A stretch of 64,000 bases of DNA from Escherichia coli (GTDB taxonomy: Bacteria > Pseudomonadota > Gammaproteobacteria > Enterobacterales > Enterobacteriaceae), in NCBI RefSeq assembly GCF_041886205.1, contig NZ_CP169029.1; one strand, given 5' to 3'. A model generated the notes under the pieces. The model saw only the letters and a list, made by a program, of their open reading frames with translations, had not been told where the DNA came from and made no database searches. Positions 1 through 10,654 of this stretch are shown here, piece by piece. Every line of letters begins with the position of its first letter. Position 1 is the stretch's first letter. Both the position numbers and the translations under genes were made by a program.

Positions 1-1
1 T

Positions 2-556
2 ATGACCGCTCAAGTGCTGGCGCAAGAGCACTCGCAACCGCAGCTGATTGTTCTGCATCTGATGGGCTCGCATCCGCAGGCCTGCGACCGGACACAAGGC
101 AAATATGAAACCTTTGTGCAATCGAAAGAAACGTCGTGCTATCTCTATACTATGACGCAAACGGACGATTTACTGCGCAAGCTGTACGATCAGTTACGCA
201 ACAGCGGCAGCAGCTTCTCGCTGGTTTACTTTTCTGACCACGGTCTGGCCTTTAAAGAGCGCGGCAAAGACGTGCAATACCTTGCCCATGATGATAAATA
301 TCAGCAAAATTTCCAGGTGCCTTTTATGGTCATTTCCAGCGACGATAAAGCGCATCGTGTGATTAAAGCCCGCCGCTCAGCCAATGACTTCTTAGGCTTT
401 TTCTCCCAGTGGACGGGAATTAAAGCGAAGGAAATTAACATCAAATACCCGTTTATATCTGAGAAGAAAGCCGGGCCGATATACATCACCAACTTCCAGT
501 TACAGAAGGTGGATTACAACCATCTCGGAACCGATATTTTCGACCCGAAGCCTTAA
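2..556 (+). CDS. opgE: Phosphoethanolamine transferase OpgE/YbiP, C-terminal part (5' end outside window)
   Basis: ORF runs from window edge; sulfatase-type motifs (LHLMGSHP, YFSDHGL); conserved position next to ompX; followed by a bidirectional terminator. Confidence 0.8.
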   Translation: MTAQVLAQEHSQPQLIVLHLMGSHPQACDRTQGKYETFVQSKETSCYLYTMTQTDDLLRKLYDQLRNSGSSFSLVYFSDHGLAFKERGKDVQYLAHDDKYQQNFQVPFMVISSDDKAHRVIKARRSANDFLGFFSQWTGIKAKEINIKYPFISEKKAGPIYITNFQLQKVDYNHLGTDIFDPKP

Positions 557-560
557 AAAC

Positions 561-590
561 AAAAAATCCGCCCCGAGAGGCGGATTTTTT
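561..590. terminator. Bidirectional rho-independent terminator between opgE and ompX
   Basis: Perfect 12-bp stem aaaaaatccgcc / ggcggatttttt around a 6-nt loop; A-run on one side and T-run on the other, so it works on both strands. Confidence 0.65.
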
Positions 591-605
591 ATATCACCAA
601 AGTGA

Positions 606-1121
606 TTAGAAGCGGTAACCAACACCGGCAATCCAGGTGCCTACGTCAACGCTACGAATACGGCTCTGCTCGTAAGAGAAGTCAAGAGCAACGTTTTCCA
701 TCGGGTTGAACTGCAGACCAGCACCGTAGGAGAAACCGTAGTCGCTGGTGTCGTGTTTGTAGGTCGGGTATTCAGTGGTCTGGAATTTACCATAACCCAC
801 ACCCACTACACCGTAGATGCTTGCCCAGTCGTTAATGCGGTAAGCCGGACCAGCAGTGATGCCGTAGTACTGGTTTTTGTTGTAGTCACCAGAGCTTGCA
901 GTACGGCTTTTCTCGGTGTAAGTGAAAGAACCGATCACACCCAGCGGGCTGTTGTCTTCTTCATAGCGGTATTTCAGGTTGAAACCGCCCATTTTGTTCA
1001 TTTTGCCCTGAGCGTCGCTCTGTGCGTAACCGCCAGTTACGGTAGAAGTCGCAGCTACGGAAGTACCTGCGGTAAAAGCCAGAACTGCGGCCAGTGCTGA
1101 AAGACATGCAATTTTTTTCAT
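606..1121 (-). CDS. ompX: Outer membrane protein X (8-stranded beta-barrel)
   Basis: Translation MKKIACLSALAAVLAFTAGTSVA... ending ...GVGYRF with terminal Phe, recognised as OmpX; start taken at MKK rather than the ORF-track MVMKK. Confidence 0.95.
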   Translation of the reverse strand: MKKIACLSALAAVLAFTAGTSVAATSTVTGGYAQSDAQGKMNKMGGFNLKYRYEEDNSPLGVIGSFTYTEKSRTASSGDYNKNQYYGITAGPAYRINDWASIYGVVGVGYGKFQTTEYPTYKHDTSDYGFSYGAGLQFNPMENVALDFSYEQSRIRSVDVGTWIAGVGYRF

Positions 1122-1473
1122 AACCACCTCAAATGTGATTCAAATAAGTCCTAAGTTTTAAATATATCAAAAATTAATGGGAAACTCTTCGCGATTTGTG
1201 ATGTCTAACGGGCCATTTCATGTAACAGAACGTTTCCATACACCGCTATCCATCTAAATTTAAATCACTTTTTCATAGAACTGCGTAAGTATTACGCATG
1301 TTTTCCCTGTCATTCATCCAGATTATTCCTAATCACAAGACTAATGATTCCATCAATCCTGGCGCATTTTAGTCAAAACGGGGGAATTTTTTTTCAACAA
1401 ATGCTCAACCAGCATTGGGTATATCCAGTACACTCCACGCTTTACTTAGGTTTAGATATTTGTGGGAGAAAGG

Positions 1474-2361
1474 ATGCCTGGTTCATTACGTAAAATGCCG
1501 GTCTGGTTACCAATAGTCATATTGCTCGTTGCCATGGCGTCTATTCAGGGTGGAGCCTCGTTAGCTAAGTCACTTTTTCCTCTGGTGGGCGCACCGGGTG
1601 TCACTGCGCTGCGTCTGGCATTAGGAACGCTGATCCTCATCGCGTTCTTTAAGCCATGGCGACTGCGCTTTGCCAAAGAGCAACGGTTACCGCTGTTGTT
1701 TTACGGCGTTTCGCTGGGTGGGATGAATTATCTTTTTTATCTTTCTATTCAGACAGTACCGCTGGGTATTGCGGTGGCGCTGGAGTTCACCGGACCACTG
1801 GCGGTGGCGCTGTTCTCTTCTCGTCGCCCGGTAGATTTCGTCTGGGTTGTGCTGGCGGTTCTTGGTCTGTGGTTCCTGCTACCGCTGGGGCAAGACGTTT
1901 CCCATGTCGATTTAACCGGCTGTGCGCTGGCACTGGGGGCCGGGGCTTGTTGGGCTATTTACATATTAAGTGGGCAACGCGCAGGAGCGGAACATGGCCC
2001 TGCGACGGTGGCAATTGGTTCGTTGATTGCAGCGTTAATTTTCGTGCCAATTGGAGCGCTTCAGGCTGGTGAAGCACTCTGGCACTGGTCGGTTATTCCA
2101 TTGGGTCTGGCGGTCGCTATTCTCTCGACCGCTCTGCCTTATTCGCTGGAAATGATTGCCCTCACCCGTTTGCCAACACGGACATTTGGTACGCTGATGA
2201 GCATGGAACCGGCGCTGGCTGCCGTTTCCGGGATGATTTTCCTCGGAGAAACACTGACACCCATACAGCTGCTGGCGCTCGGCGCTATCATCGCCGCTTC
2301 AATGGGTTCTACGCTGACAGTACGCAAAGAGAGCAAAATAAAAGAATTAGACATTAATTAA
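1474..2361 (+). CDS. rhtA: Threonine/homoserine exporter RhtA (DMT superfamily)
   Basis: Polytopic membrane protein MPGSLRKMPVWLPIVILLVAMASIQGG...; start taken at internal ATG of the GTG-initiated track ORF; backbone synteny. Confidence 0.9.
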   Translation: MPGSLRKMPVWLPIVILLVAMASIQGGASLAKSLFPLVGAPGVTALRLALGTLILIAFFKPWRLRFAKEQRLPLLFYGVSLGGMNYLFYLSIQTVPLGIAVALEFTGPLAVALFSSRRPVDFVWVVLAVLGLWFLLPLGQDVSHVDLTGCALALGAGACWAIYILSGQRAGAEHGPATVAIGSLIAALIFVPIGALQAGEALWHWSVIPLGLAVAILSTALPYSLEMIALTRLPTRTFGTLMSMEPALAAVSGMIFLGETLTPIQLLALGAIIAASMGSTLTVRKESKIKELDIN

Positions 2362-2371
2362 ATTTACATTT

Positions 2372-2397
2372 CTGCATGGTTATGCATAACCATGCAG
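2372..2397. other. Perfect 26-bp palindrome downstream of rhtA (terminator or operator-like)
   Basis: ctgcatggttatgcataaccatgcag is its own reverse complement; sits between the rhtA stop and the dps regulatory region. Confidence 0.35.
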
Positions 2398-2515
2398 AAT
2401 TTCTCGCTACTTTTCCTCTACACCGTCTTTATATATCGAATTATGCAAAAGCATATTTATTCCGAAAATTCCTGGCGAGCAAATAAATAAGAATTGTTCT
2501 TATCAATATATCTAA

Positions 2516-3163
<648 letters not shown>

Positions 3164-3203
3164 ATCCATCGCTGATGGTGCAGAACTTTTAGTACCCGAT
3201 AAA

Positions 3204-3236
3204 AGCGGCTTCCTGACAGGAGGCCGTTTTGTTTTG
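3204..3236 (+). terminator. Rho-independent terminator of dps
   Basis: Stem cggcttcctg / caggaggccg (one G-U wobble) followed by ttttgtttt. Confidence 0.5.
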
Positions 3237-3497
3237 CAGCCCGCCTCAACGCACTTATTTAGTGCATCCTTCTGCTATCCCCAGCTGATTAAGTAAATTT
3301 TTTGTATCCACATCATCACACAATCGTTACATAAAGATTGTTTTTTCATCAGGTTTTACGCTAAATAATCACTGTGTTGAGTGCACAATTTTAGCGCACC
3401 AGTTTGGTGCCCCAGAATGGTGCATCTTCAGGGTATTGCCCTATAAATCGTGCATCACGTTTTTGTCGCATCTAGAAAAATCAATGAGTTGCAAAAC

Positions 3498-3515
3498 TGG
3501 CACGATTTTTTCATA
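3498..3515 (+). promoter_or_regulatory. Sigma-54 type promoter upstream of glnH (glnHp2-like)
   Basis: TGGCAC-N5-TTTCA resembling the -24/-12 sigma-54 consensus, about 55 bp upstream of the glnH start. Confidence 0.45.
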
Positions 3516-3552
3516 TATGTGAATGTCACGCAGGGGATCGTCCCGTGGATAG

Positions 3553-4314
<762 letters not shown>

Positions 4315-4375
4315 TAACGCTACGCCTGTAAGGCGCACTGGCAGTTCCCTCTCCCCTCTGGGGAGGATCTATTAA

Positions 4376-4407
4376 GTTCTGTTGATGTCAACTGATTTCA
4401 ACAGAAC
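4376..4407. other. Inverted repeat at backbone/island junction
   Basis: gttctgttga...tcaacagaac arms around a 12-nt spacer, immediately before the integrase gene; could be a glnH terminator or a junction/att-related structure. Confidence 0.3.
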
Positions 4408-4542
4408 TCTATCCTCTCCATTAAATCTCCTTTAAAATAAGGCATTATCAGAAATTACTCCTCTCTGGATGTCAACCATCCTCCATGAACATCAAGATGA
4501 TTTCGGGGGCTATTGTGGGGGCTACTTTTCGGGGTTAACATC

Positions 4543-5715
4543 ATGCCACTTACTGTTCGACAAATTGAGTCGGCTAAACCCGCTGACAAGGATTACAAAC
4601 TTTCCGACGGTCAGGGACTTTATCTTCTTGTCAAAAAATCCGGCGCCCGTTACTGGAATCTGAAGTACCGGTTTGCCGGTAAGGAAAAGAAACTGGTGAT
4701 TGGTGTCTATCCGGACATATCTCTGGCTCAGGCTCGTCAGAAACGGGATGAAGCGCGTAAACTCCTGGCTGAAGGAAAAGATCCATCATATGAGAAACAG
4801 GCGCGAAAACTTGCCATCAGGGAAAGTATGGCCTGCACATTTCGCACCATTGCAGAGGAATTACTTACCCATATGGCTCGTCGATGGACAACTGGTTACC
4901 AGGCAGACCAGCGTGCAAGACTTGAAAATCATGTTTTCCCTGCAATTGGGAATCGTCCGGTGACCGGGATCCGCCCCATGGAAATACTGAACGTCCTGAG
5001 AGTTATTGAAGAACAGGGAAAACTTGAAGCACTGCGTAAAACACGCCAGCTCTGTGCGCAGGTTTTTGATTATGCCATAGCAACAGGACGTGCAACCGTT
5101 AACCCGGCGTCAACACTCAGCGGGGTACTGCTTCCTCCTGAAAAACAACAGCGCAGGACACTTTCTGAAGAGCAGATGGGGGCTTTCATGCATCAGATGA
5201 CGGCTTCCGGAAATCTGATGTCGCTGACAACGCGAATGCTGGTTCTTACTGCTGTTCGCACCGGAGAACTGCGGCTGGCGACCTGGGATGAAATAAATTT
5301 CACGGAGGCCCTGTGGGTCATTCCGAAAGAAAGAATGAAAATGCGACGACCGCATGTTGTACCGCTTTCACGTCAGGTACTGGCGTTACTGAAGGAGATA
5401 AAAACACGCACTGAATCGCGTAATTCCGCCTTTATTATTCCCGGGGCATTCAGAAAAGATCGCCCCCGAAGCCGTAAGTGTATCAATGAATTCCTTGAAC
5501 AGTCAGGCTGGCATGCCCTGACAACAGCTCACGGATTTCGTCATACCTTCAGCACCATTCTCCATGACCATGATTTCAGCTCAGCCTGGATTGAACTCCA
5601 GCTTGCCCACGTTGATAAAAACGTCATGCGTGGCACCTATAACCACGCCCAGTATCTGGATGGTCGCCGTGAAATGATGCAGTGGTATGCTGACTACATT
5701 GATTCGCTTTCTTAG
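4543..5715 (+). CDS. P4-type phage integrase (tyrosine recombinase)
   Basis: N-terminus MPLTVRQIESAKPADKDYKLSDGQGLYLLVKKSGARYWNLKYR typical of P4-family integrases; C-terminal catalytic region with HGFRHT and terminal Tyr region. Confidence 0.85.
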   Translation: MPLTVRQIESAKPADKDYKLSDGQGLYLLVKKSGARYWNLKYRFAGKEKKLVIGVYPDISLAQARQKRDEARKLLAEGKDPSYEKQARKLAIRESMACTFRTIAEELLTHMARRWTTGYQADQRARLENHVFPAIGNRPVTGIRPMEILNVLRVIEEQGKLEALRKTRQLCAQVFDYAIATGRATVNPASTLSGVLLPPEKQQRRTLSEEQMGAFMHQMTASGNLMSLTTRMLVLTAVRTGELRLATWDEINFTEALWVIPKERMKMRRPHVVPLSRQVLALLKEIKTRTESRNSAFIIPGAFRKDRPRSRKCINEFLEQSGWHALTTAHGFRHTFSTILHDHDFSSAWIELQLAHVDKNVMRGTYNHAQYLDGRREMMQWYADYIDSLS

Positions 5716-5999
5716 CAAACCTGATGAATCAGTGACATAAAAATAATGAATAACCATCTGGCCCCGAAAGCCGGATGGTTTTATTTATGTTTTCTTTTTT
5801 ATTTGCTCACATCTTCTGAACTTCCCCTGCAGACAATAATCTGAACACCAGATATAGAGCCACTCATGAAACAAAATAGAATTACATTGAATAATAACTT
5901 ACATTTTTTGTTACATTCATTCCATATTTGTCCCTGGTTGATTGCCAGAACTACGCCGTGATGCATGATAGGAGAATTAGATAATAAGAGAAGAAAAGT

Positions 6000-6629
6000 A
6001 TGATTCGGGTAGTGCTGGTGGATGACCATGTGGTGGTGCGCTCTGGCTTCGCACAATTACTCTCTCTGGAAGACGATCTGGAGGTCATTGGTCAGTACAG
6101 TAGTGCCGCGCAGGCATGGTCGGCATTAATCCGTGATGACGTCAATGTTGCCGTCATTGATATTGCCATGCCGGACGAAAACGGCCTCAGTTTGCTTAAG
6201 CGCCTGCGTGCACAAAAACCGCAATTTCGCGCCATTATTCTTAGCATTTATGACGCGCCAACCTTTGTGCAAAGCGCGCTGGATGCCGGTGCCAGCGGGT
6301 ATTTAACCAAACGCTGTGGGCCGGAAGAGTTAGTGCAGGCGGTGCGCTCGGTCGGGCTGGGCGGGCATTATCTCTGTGCCGATGCGATTCGGGCTTTACG
6401 CGGCGGCGGGCAACCCGCCCAGGCGCTGGAAATTCTCACCCCGCGAGAACGTGAAGTGTTTGATTTACTTGTCAAAGGAGACAGCGTTAAAGAGATCGCC
6501 TTTAAACTCGAACTCAGTCATAAAACGGTACATGTGCATCGCGCCAATGTGCTGGGAAAACTGAACTGCCATAGCACCATTGAACTGGTGCATTTTGCGC
6601 TCGACCACCATCTGCTGGCGGGGCATTAA
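6000..6629 (+). CDS. UhpA-like response regulator (NarL/FixJ family, LuxR-type HTH)
   Basis: Receiver domain start MIRVVLVDDHVVVRSGF; C-terminal HTH ...KEIAFKLELSHKTVHVHRANVLGKL; diverged paralog of K-12 UhpA rather than the orthologue. Confidence 0.8.
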   Translation: MIRVVLVDDHVVVRSGFAQLLSLEDDLEVIGQYSSAAQAWSALIRDDVNVAVIDIAMPDENGLSLLKRLRAQKPQFRAIILSIYDAPTFVQSALDAGASGYLTKRCGPEELVQAVRSVGLGGHYLCADAIRALRGGGQPAQALEILTPREREVFDLLVKGDSVKEIAFKLELSHKTVHVHRANVLGKLNCHSTIELVHFALDHHLLAGH

Positions 6630-8170
6630 TGTCGCGCAATCTTCGTCATTGGGTGATTTCGTTGTTTATTGTGCTGGCCTGGGGAACCGGCTGGCTGATG
6701 CTGTGGACGCTCAGCTTTTATCTGACCAATAACGGTCAACAGGCGGCGCTGTTTCTGCCGCACGGGGTTTATCTCGCCCTTCTTATTTTGCTTGCACGCC
6801 GCTACTGGCCTGCGCTGGTGCTCCCCCCTTTGCTGATGATGTTCTGGCTCCATAGCGAACAGCTATTGAACGGTTATATCATGCTGGCAACGCCGGTTAT
6901 TAGCCTGTTTCCTGCCATCCTTGCGCAAAACGTCTGGCACCGTTTTCCACTTTACTGGCAGCGTCTGACGTTACTGTTAGCCACGGTCACAACAGCTTCA
7001 TTGCTGAATACCGCCCTGCTCTCCCCTTTTATGTCAGGCCCAATAATGCTGCCGGGTTTGACCTCATTTACCGGCGGCGTATTACTGACGCCGTTTGTCT
7101 ATCTCATCTTTGAGTTTCTGCGCCAGCAGCATCGCTACCAGCTCCTGGGACTCGATACGCATAATCCCCCCTTGCGTACCTCTTTAATCATCTGGTGTAG
7201 CCTGTTTTTTATTATTGGTATCGGCACTCAGATAGTGCTGTCACCTGAAATTGAACGTCTGCTGTTGATCGTAGTTTTTCTACCCAACGTGGTGATGGCA
7301 TGGAAATTTGGCTGGCAAGGTGGCGTACTCTCCGGGCTTTTGGGCAGCATGATGATCACCATCGCCCGCCAGATTGGCGTGGGCTTTAGTAACCTGGTGG
7401 AGCTGGAGATTTTCCTCGCGACCCAGGCCTTGCTGGGAATTGGCCTGGGCATTGCCATCAGTCGCCAGCAACATCTGGCGCTAAACCTGCACCATTACCG
7501 ACAACGGCTGGAGGCCGAGCTGGCAGCGCGGCGAGCATTGGCGGAAAAGCTGATCCACACCGAGGAGGACACGCGAAAAAACCTGGCGCGAGAGCTGCAC
7601 GACGAAATCGGTCAGAACATCACCGCCATTCAGATCCAGTCGCAACTGGTGAAGCGGGCGCGTGATCCGGCGCAAATTCAATCCGCAGCCAGCCAAATCA
7701 ATGAGCTCGCCCGCCGCATTCATCTCTCCACCCGCCAGTTGCTGCGCCAGTTGCGGCCTCCCGCGCTTGATGAACTGACATTTCGCGAAGCGTTGTTGCA
7801 TCTGATTAATGAATTTGCCTTTAGTGAACGCGGCATTCATTGCCAGTTTGCCTATCAACTGAACTCCACACCAGAAAACGAAACGGTGCGCTTTACCTTG
7901 TATCGGTTATTGCAGGAGTTGCTCAATAACATCTGTAAACACGCCGAAGCCAGCGAAGTGACGATTATCCTGCGCCAGCAGAGAGAGGTATTGCATCTGG
8001 AAGTCAGCGACAACGGTGTGGGGATCGCCAGCGGGAAAATGGCCGGATTTGGCATTCAGGGGATGCGTGAGCGCGTCAGCGCCCTGGGCGGCGACTTAAC
8101 GCTCGAAAAACAGCACGGCACGCGGGTAATTGTTAACTTGCCCACATTTTTGCAACAAATCGCCGGATAA
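6629..8170 (+). CDS. UhpB-like membrane sensor histidine kinase
   Basis: Multi-TM N-terminal half, H-box ...ARELHDEIGQ..., HATPase region; start overlaps upstream stop (TAATG). Confidence 0.75.
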   Translation: MSRNLRHWVISLFIVLAWGTGWLMLWTLSFYLTNNGQQAALFLPHGVYLALLILLARRYWPALVLPPLLMMFWLHSEQLLNGYIMLATPVISLFPAILAQNVWHRFPLYWQRLTLLLATVTTASLLNTALLSPFMSGPIMLPGLTSFTGGVLLTPFVYLIFEFLRQQHRYQLLGLDTHNPPLRTSLIIWCSLFFIIGIGTQIVLSPEIERLLLIVVFLPNVVMAWKFGWQGGVLSGLLGSMMITIARQIGVGFSNLVELEIFLATQALLGIGLGIAISRQQHLALNLHHYRQRLEAELAARRALAEKLIHTEEDTRKNLARELHDEIGQNITAIQIQSQLVKRARDPAQIQSAASQINELARRIHLSTRQLLRQLRPPALDELTFREALLHLINEFAFSERGIHCQFAYQLNSTPENETVRFTLYRLLQELLNNICKHAEASEVTIILRQQREVLHLEVSDNGVGIASGKMAGFGIQGMRERVSALGGDLTLEKQHGTRVIVNLPTFLQQIAG

Positions 8171-8242
8171 CCAGGAAAAAGTCTTAGGTATCCCGGATTT
8201 TCTCTCATCCCCTTTCACTTTCATTTTCATATAGTCAGCAAC

Positions 8243-9559
8243 ATGGAGACAACCATGCACGCGCGTTCAGCGAGAGAAATTAATCAATGCTACCGGACAT
8301 TACGTCCGCGATTGCTGATGTGCATGATTATTGGCTACGCCGCATTTTATCTGACGCGAAAAAGCGTGAATTACGTCCTTCCGGCGCTACAAACCGACCC
8401 CGGACTGGATAAAGGCGACATTGGCCTGCTGGGTTCGCTGTTTTATCTCAGCTACGGATTGTCGAAATTTACCGCCGGACTGTGGCATGACAGCCACGGA
8501 CAACGCGGTTTTATGGGCGTCGGCTTGTTCGCCACCGGGTTATTGAACGTGGTGTTTGCCTTTGGCGAATCACTTACGCTTCTGCTTGTGGTCTGGACAC
8601 TGAACGGTTTTTTTCAGGGCTGGGGATGGCCACCGTGTGCCCGCTTGCTGACCCACTGGTACTCACGCAATGAGCGCGGTTTCTGGTGGGGCTGCTGGAA
8701 TATGTCGATCAACATTGGCGGAGCGATTATTCCGCTGATTAGCGCCTTTGCCGCCCACTGGTGGGGCTGGCAGGCCGCGATGCTGACACCGGGGATAATC
8801 AGCATGGCATTAGGGATCTGGTTAACGCTACAACTCAAAGGCACGCCCCAGGAAGAGGGATTACCGACAGTTGGTCACTGGCGTCACGATCCGCTGGAGT
8901 TACGTCAGGAACAACAAAGTCCGCCGATGGGGCTGTGGCAAATATTGCGCACCACCATGCTGCAAAATCCGCTGATCTGGCTACTGGGCGTCTCTTATGT
9001 ACTGGTTTATGTGATCCGGATTGCGCTTAACGACTGGGGCAATATCTGGCTGACGGAAAGCCACGGCGTCAACCTGCTCAGCGCCAACGCCACGGTAATG
9101 CTGTTTGAAGTGGGCGGCTTACTCGGCGCGTTATTTGCCGGATGGGGTTCGGATTTGCTGTTTAGCGGGCAGCGAGCGCCAATGATTTTGCTGTTCACGC
9201 TGGGGTTGATGGTGTCGGTCGCTGCACTGTGGCTGGCACCGGTTCATCACTACGCGCTTCTGGCAGTGTGCTTTTTTACCGTGGGCTTTTTTGTCTTTGG
9301 CCCGCAAATGCTGATTGGACTTGCGGCGGTGGAGTGTGGGCACAAAGCTGCGGCGGGTTCAATCACCGGATTTCTCGGCCTGTTCGCGTACCTTGGCGCG
9401 GCGCTGGCAGGCTGGCCGCTGTCGCTGATCATCGAACGCTACGGCTGGCCGGGAATGTTCAGTTTACTCTCGGTCGCCGCAGTACTTATGGGTTTACTGC
9501 TGATGCCGTTACTGATGGCGGGCATCACCACCACTCACGCTCGAAGGATAAAACAATGA
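8243..9559 (+). CDS. UhpC-like MFS sugar-phosphate sensor/transporter
   Basis: 12-TM MFS protein with UhpC/UhpT-like N-terminus; stop overlaps next start (ATGA). Confidence 0.75.
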   Translation: METTMHARSAREINQCYRTLRPRLLMCMIIGYAAFYLTRKSVNYVLPALQTDPGLDKGDIGLLGSLFYLSYGLSKFTAGLWHDSHGQRGFMGVGLFATGLLNVVFAFGESLTLLLVVWTLNGFFQGWGWPPCARLLTHWYSRNERGFWWGCWNMSINIGGAIIPLISAFAAHWWGWQAAMLTPGIISMALGIWLTLQLKGTPQEEGLPTVGHWRHDPLELRQEQQSPPMGLWQILRTTMLQNPLIWLLGVSYVLVYVIRIALNDWGNIWLTESHGVNLLSANATVMLFEVGGLLGALFAGWGSDLLFSGQRAPMILLFTLGLMVSVAALWLAPVHHYALLAVCFFTVGFFVFGPQMLIGLAAVECGHKAAAGSITGFLGLFAYLGAALAGWPLSLIIERYGWPGMFSLLSVAAVLMGLLLMPLLMAGITTTHARRIKQ

Positions 9560-10587
9560 AAATGACCTTTACCTCTACTCTGATTGCTTCTGCCGTTGCG
9601 CTGGCGACTTTAACGGGTGCCGCGCAGGCGAAAGGCCGGCTGGTGGTCTATTGCAGCGCCACCAATGAAATGTGTGAAGCTGAAACCAAAGCGTTTGGCG
9701 AGAAATATGATGTAAAAACCTCGTTTATCCGCAACGGCTCCGGTAGCACCCTGGCAAAAGTCGATGCTGAAAAGAAAAACCCCCAGGCTGACGTCTGGTA
9801 CGGCGGCACTTTAGACCCGCAGTCGCAGGCCGGCGAGATGGGCCTGTTACAGGCATATAAATCGCCTAACCTTGAGCAGATCAGAAAACAATTCCGCGAT
9901 CCGGCAAAAGTGAAGGGAAACCTGTCCTCCGCCGTTTATGTGGGGATCCTCGGGTTTGGCGTCAACACCGAGCGTCTGAAAGAGAAAAACCTGCCTGTGC
10001 CGAAGTGCTGGAAAGATCTCACCAAACCTGAATATAAAGGTGAAATTCAGATTGCCGATCCACAAAGTTCCGGTACCGCCTACACCGCGCTGGCTACCTT
10101 TGCGCAACTGTGGGGGGAAGAGCAGGCCTTTGATTATCTCAAACAACTGAACGCCAATATCTCCCAGTACACCAAATCAGGCATTGCCCCGGCACGTAAC
10201 GCCGCCCGTGGCGAAACGGCGATTGGTATTGGTTTCCTGCATGACTACTCGCTGGAAAAAGAACAGGGCGCACCACTGGAGTTGATTTCCCCGTGTGAAG
10301 GTACGGGCTACGAAATTGGCGGCGTCAGCATTCTGAAAGGTGCGCGCAACCCCGACAACGCCAGACTGTTCGTGGACTGGGTATTATCAAAAGAAGCTCA
10401 GGAACTGGCGTGGAAGAAAGGGAAATCTTATCAGATCCTGACCAACACCACCGCCGAAACGTCGCCAAATTCGCTGAAGCTTGACGATCTGAAATTAATC
10501 AACTACGACATGGACAAATATGGTTCCACGGATGTTCGTAAGGCATTGATTAATAAATGGGTCAGCGAAGTGAAAATGGGTAAATAA
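9556..10587 (+). CDS. afuA: Periplasmic binding protein of AfuA/FbpA family (sugar-phosphate or ferric ABC uptake)
   Basis: Signal peptide MKMTFTSTLIASAVALATLTGAAQA; family 1 SBP fold sequence; start chosen at ATG 9556 rather than the upstream GTG ORF; linkage to permease and ATPase. Confidence 0.75.
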   Translation: MKMTFTSTLIASAVALATLTGAAQAKGRLVVYCSATNEMCEAETKAFGEKYDVKTSFIRNGSGSTLAKVDAEKKNPQADVWYGGTLDPQSQAGEMGLLQAYKSPNLEQIRKQFRDPAKVKGNLSSAVYVGILGFGVNTERLKEKNLPVPKCWKDLTKPEYKGEIQIADPQSSGTAYTALATFAQLWGEEQAFDYLKQLNANISQYTKSGIAPARNAARGETAIGIGFLHDYSLEKEQGAPLELISPCEGTGYEIGGVSILKGARNPDNARLFVDWVLSKEAQELAWKKGKSYQILTNTTAETSPNSLKLDDLKLINYDMDKYGSTDVRKALINKWVSEVKMGK

Positions 10588-10654
10588 ACCAGCATTATTT
10601 GTACTTACCGGGGCAGCACAGACGCCTGCCCCGGTCAACCATACCGGAGCTGCT

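Noticed and set aside
753-1100. 115-aa plus-strand ORF inside ompX
   Set aside because: Antisense shadow ORF fully contained in the well-supported ompX gene.
1656-2072. 138-aa plus-strand ORF in an alternate frame within rhtA
   Set aside because: Overlaps rhtA in a different frame; Arg/Gly-rich composition typical of an out-of-frame artefact.
4315-4542. Possible tRNA gene as integrase target
   Set aside because: No cloverleaf-compatible sequence or conserved T-loop/CCA features seen by eye; would need computational confirmation.
9229-9555. Upstream extension of the afuA ORF to 452 aa
   Set aside because: The extension overlaps the uhpC-like gene and has no signal peptide at its start; the ATG at 9556 gives a standard signal peptide and an ATGA overlap with the upstream stop.
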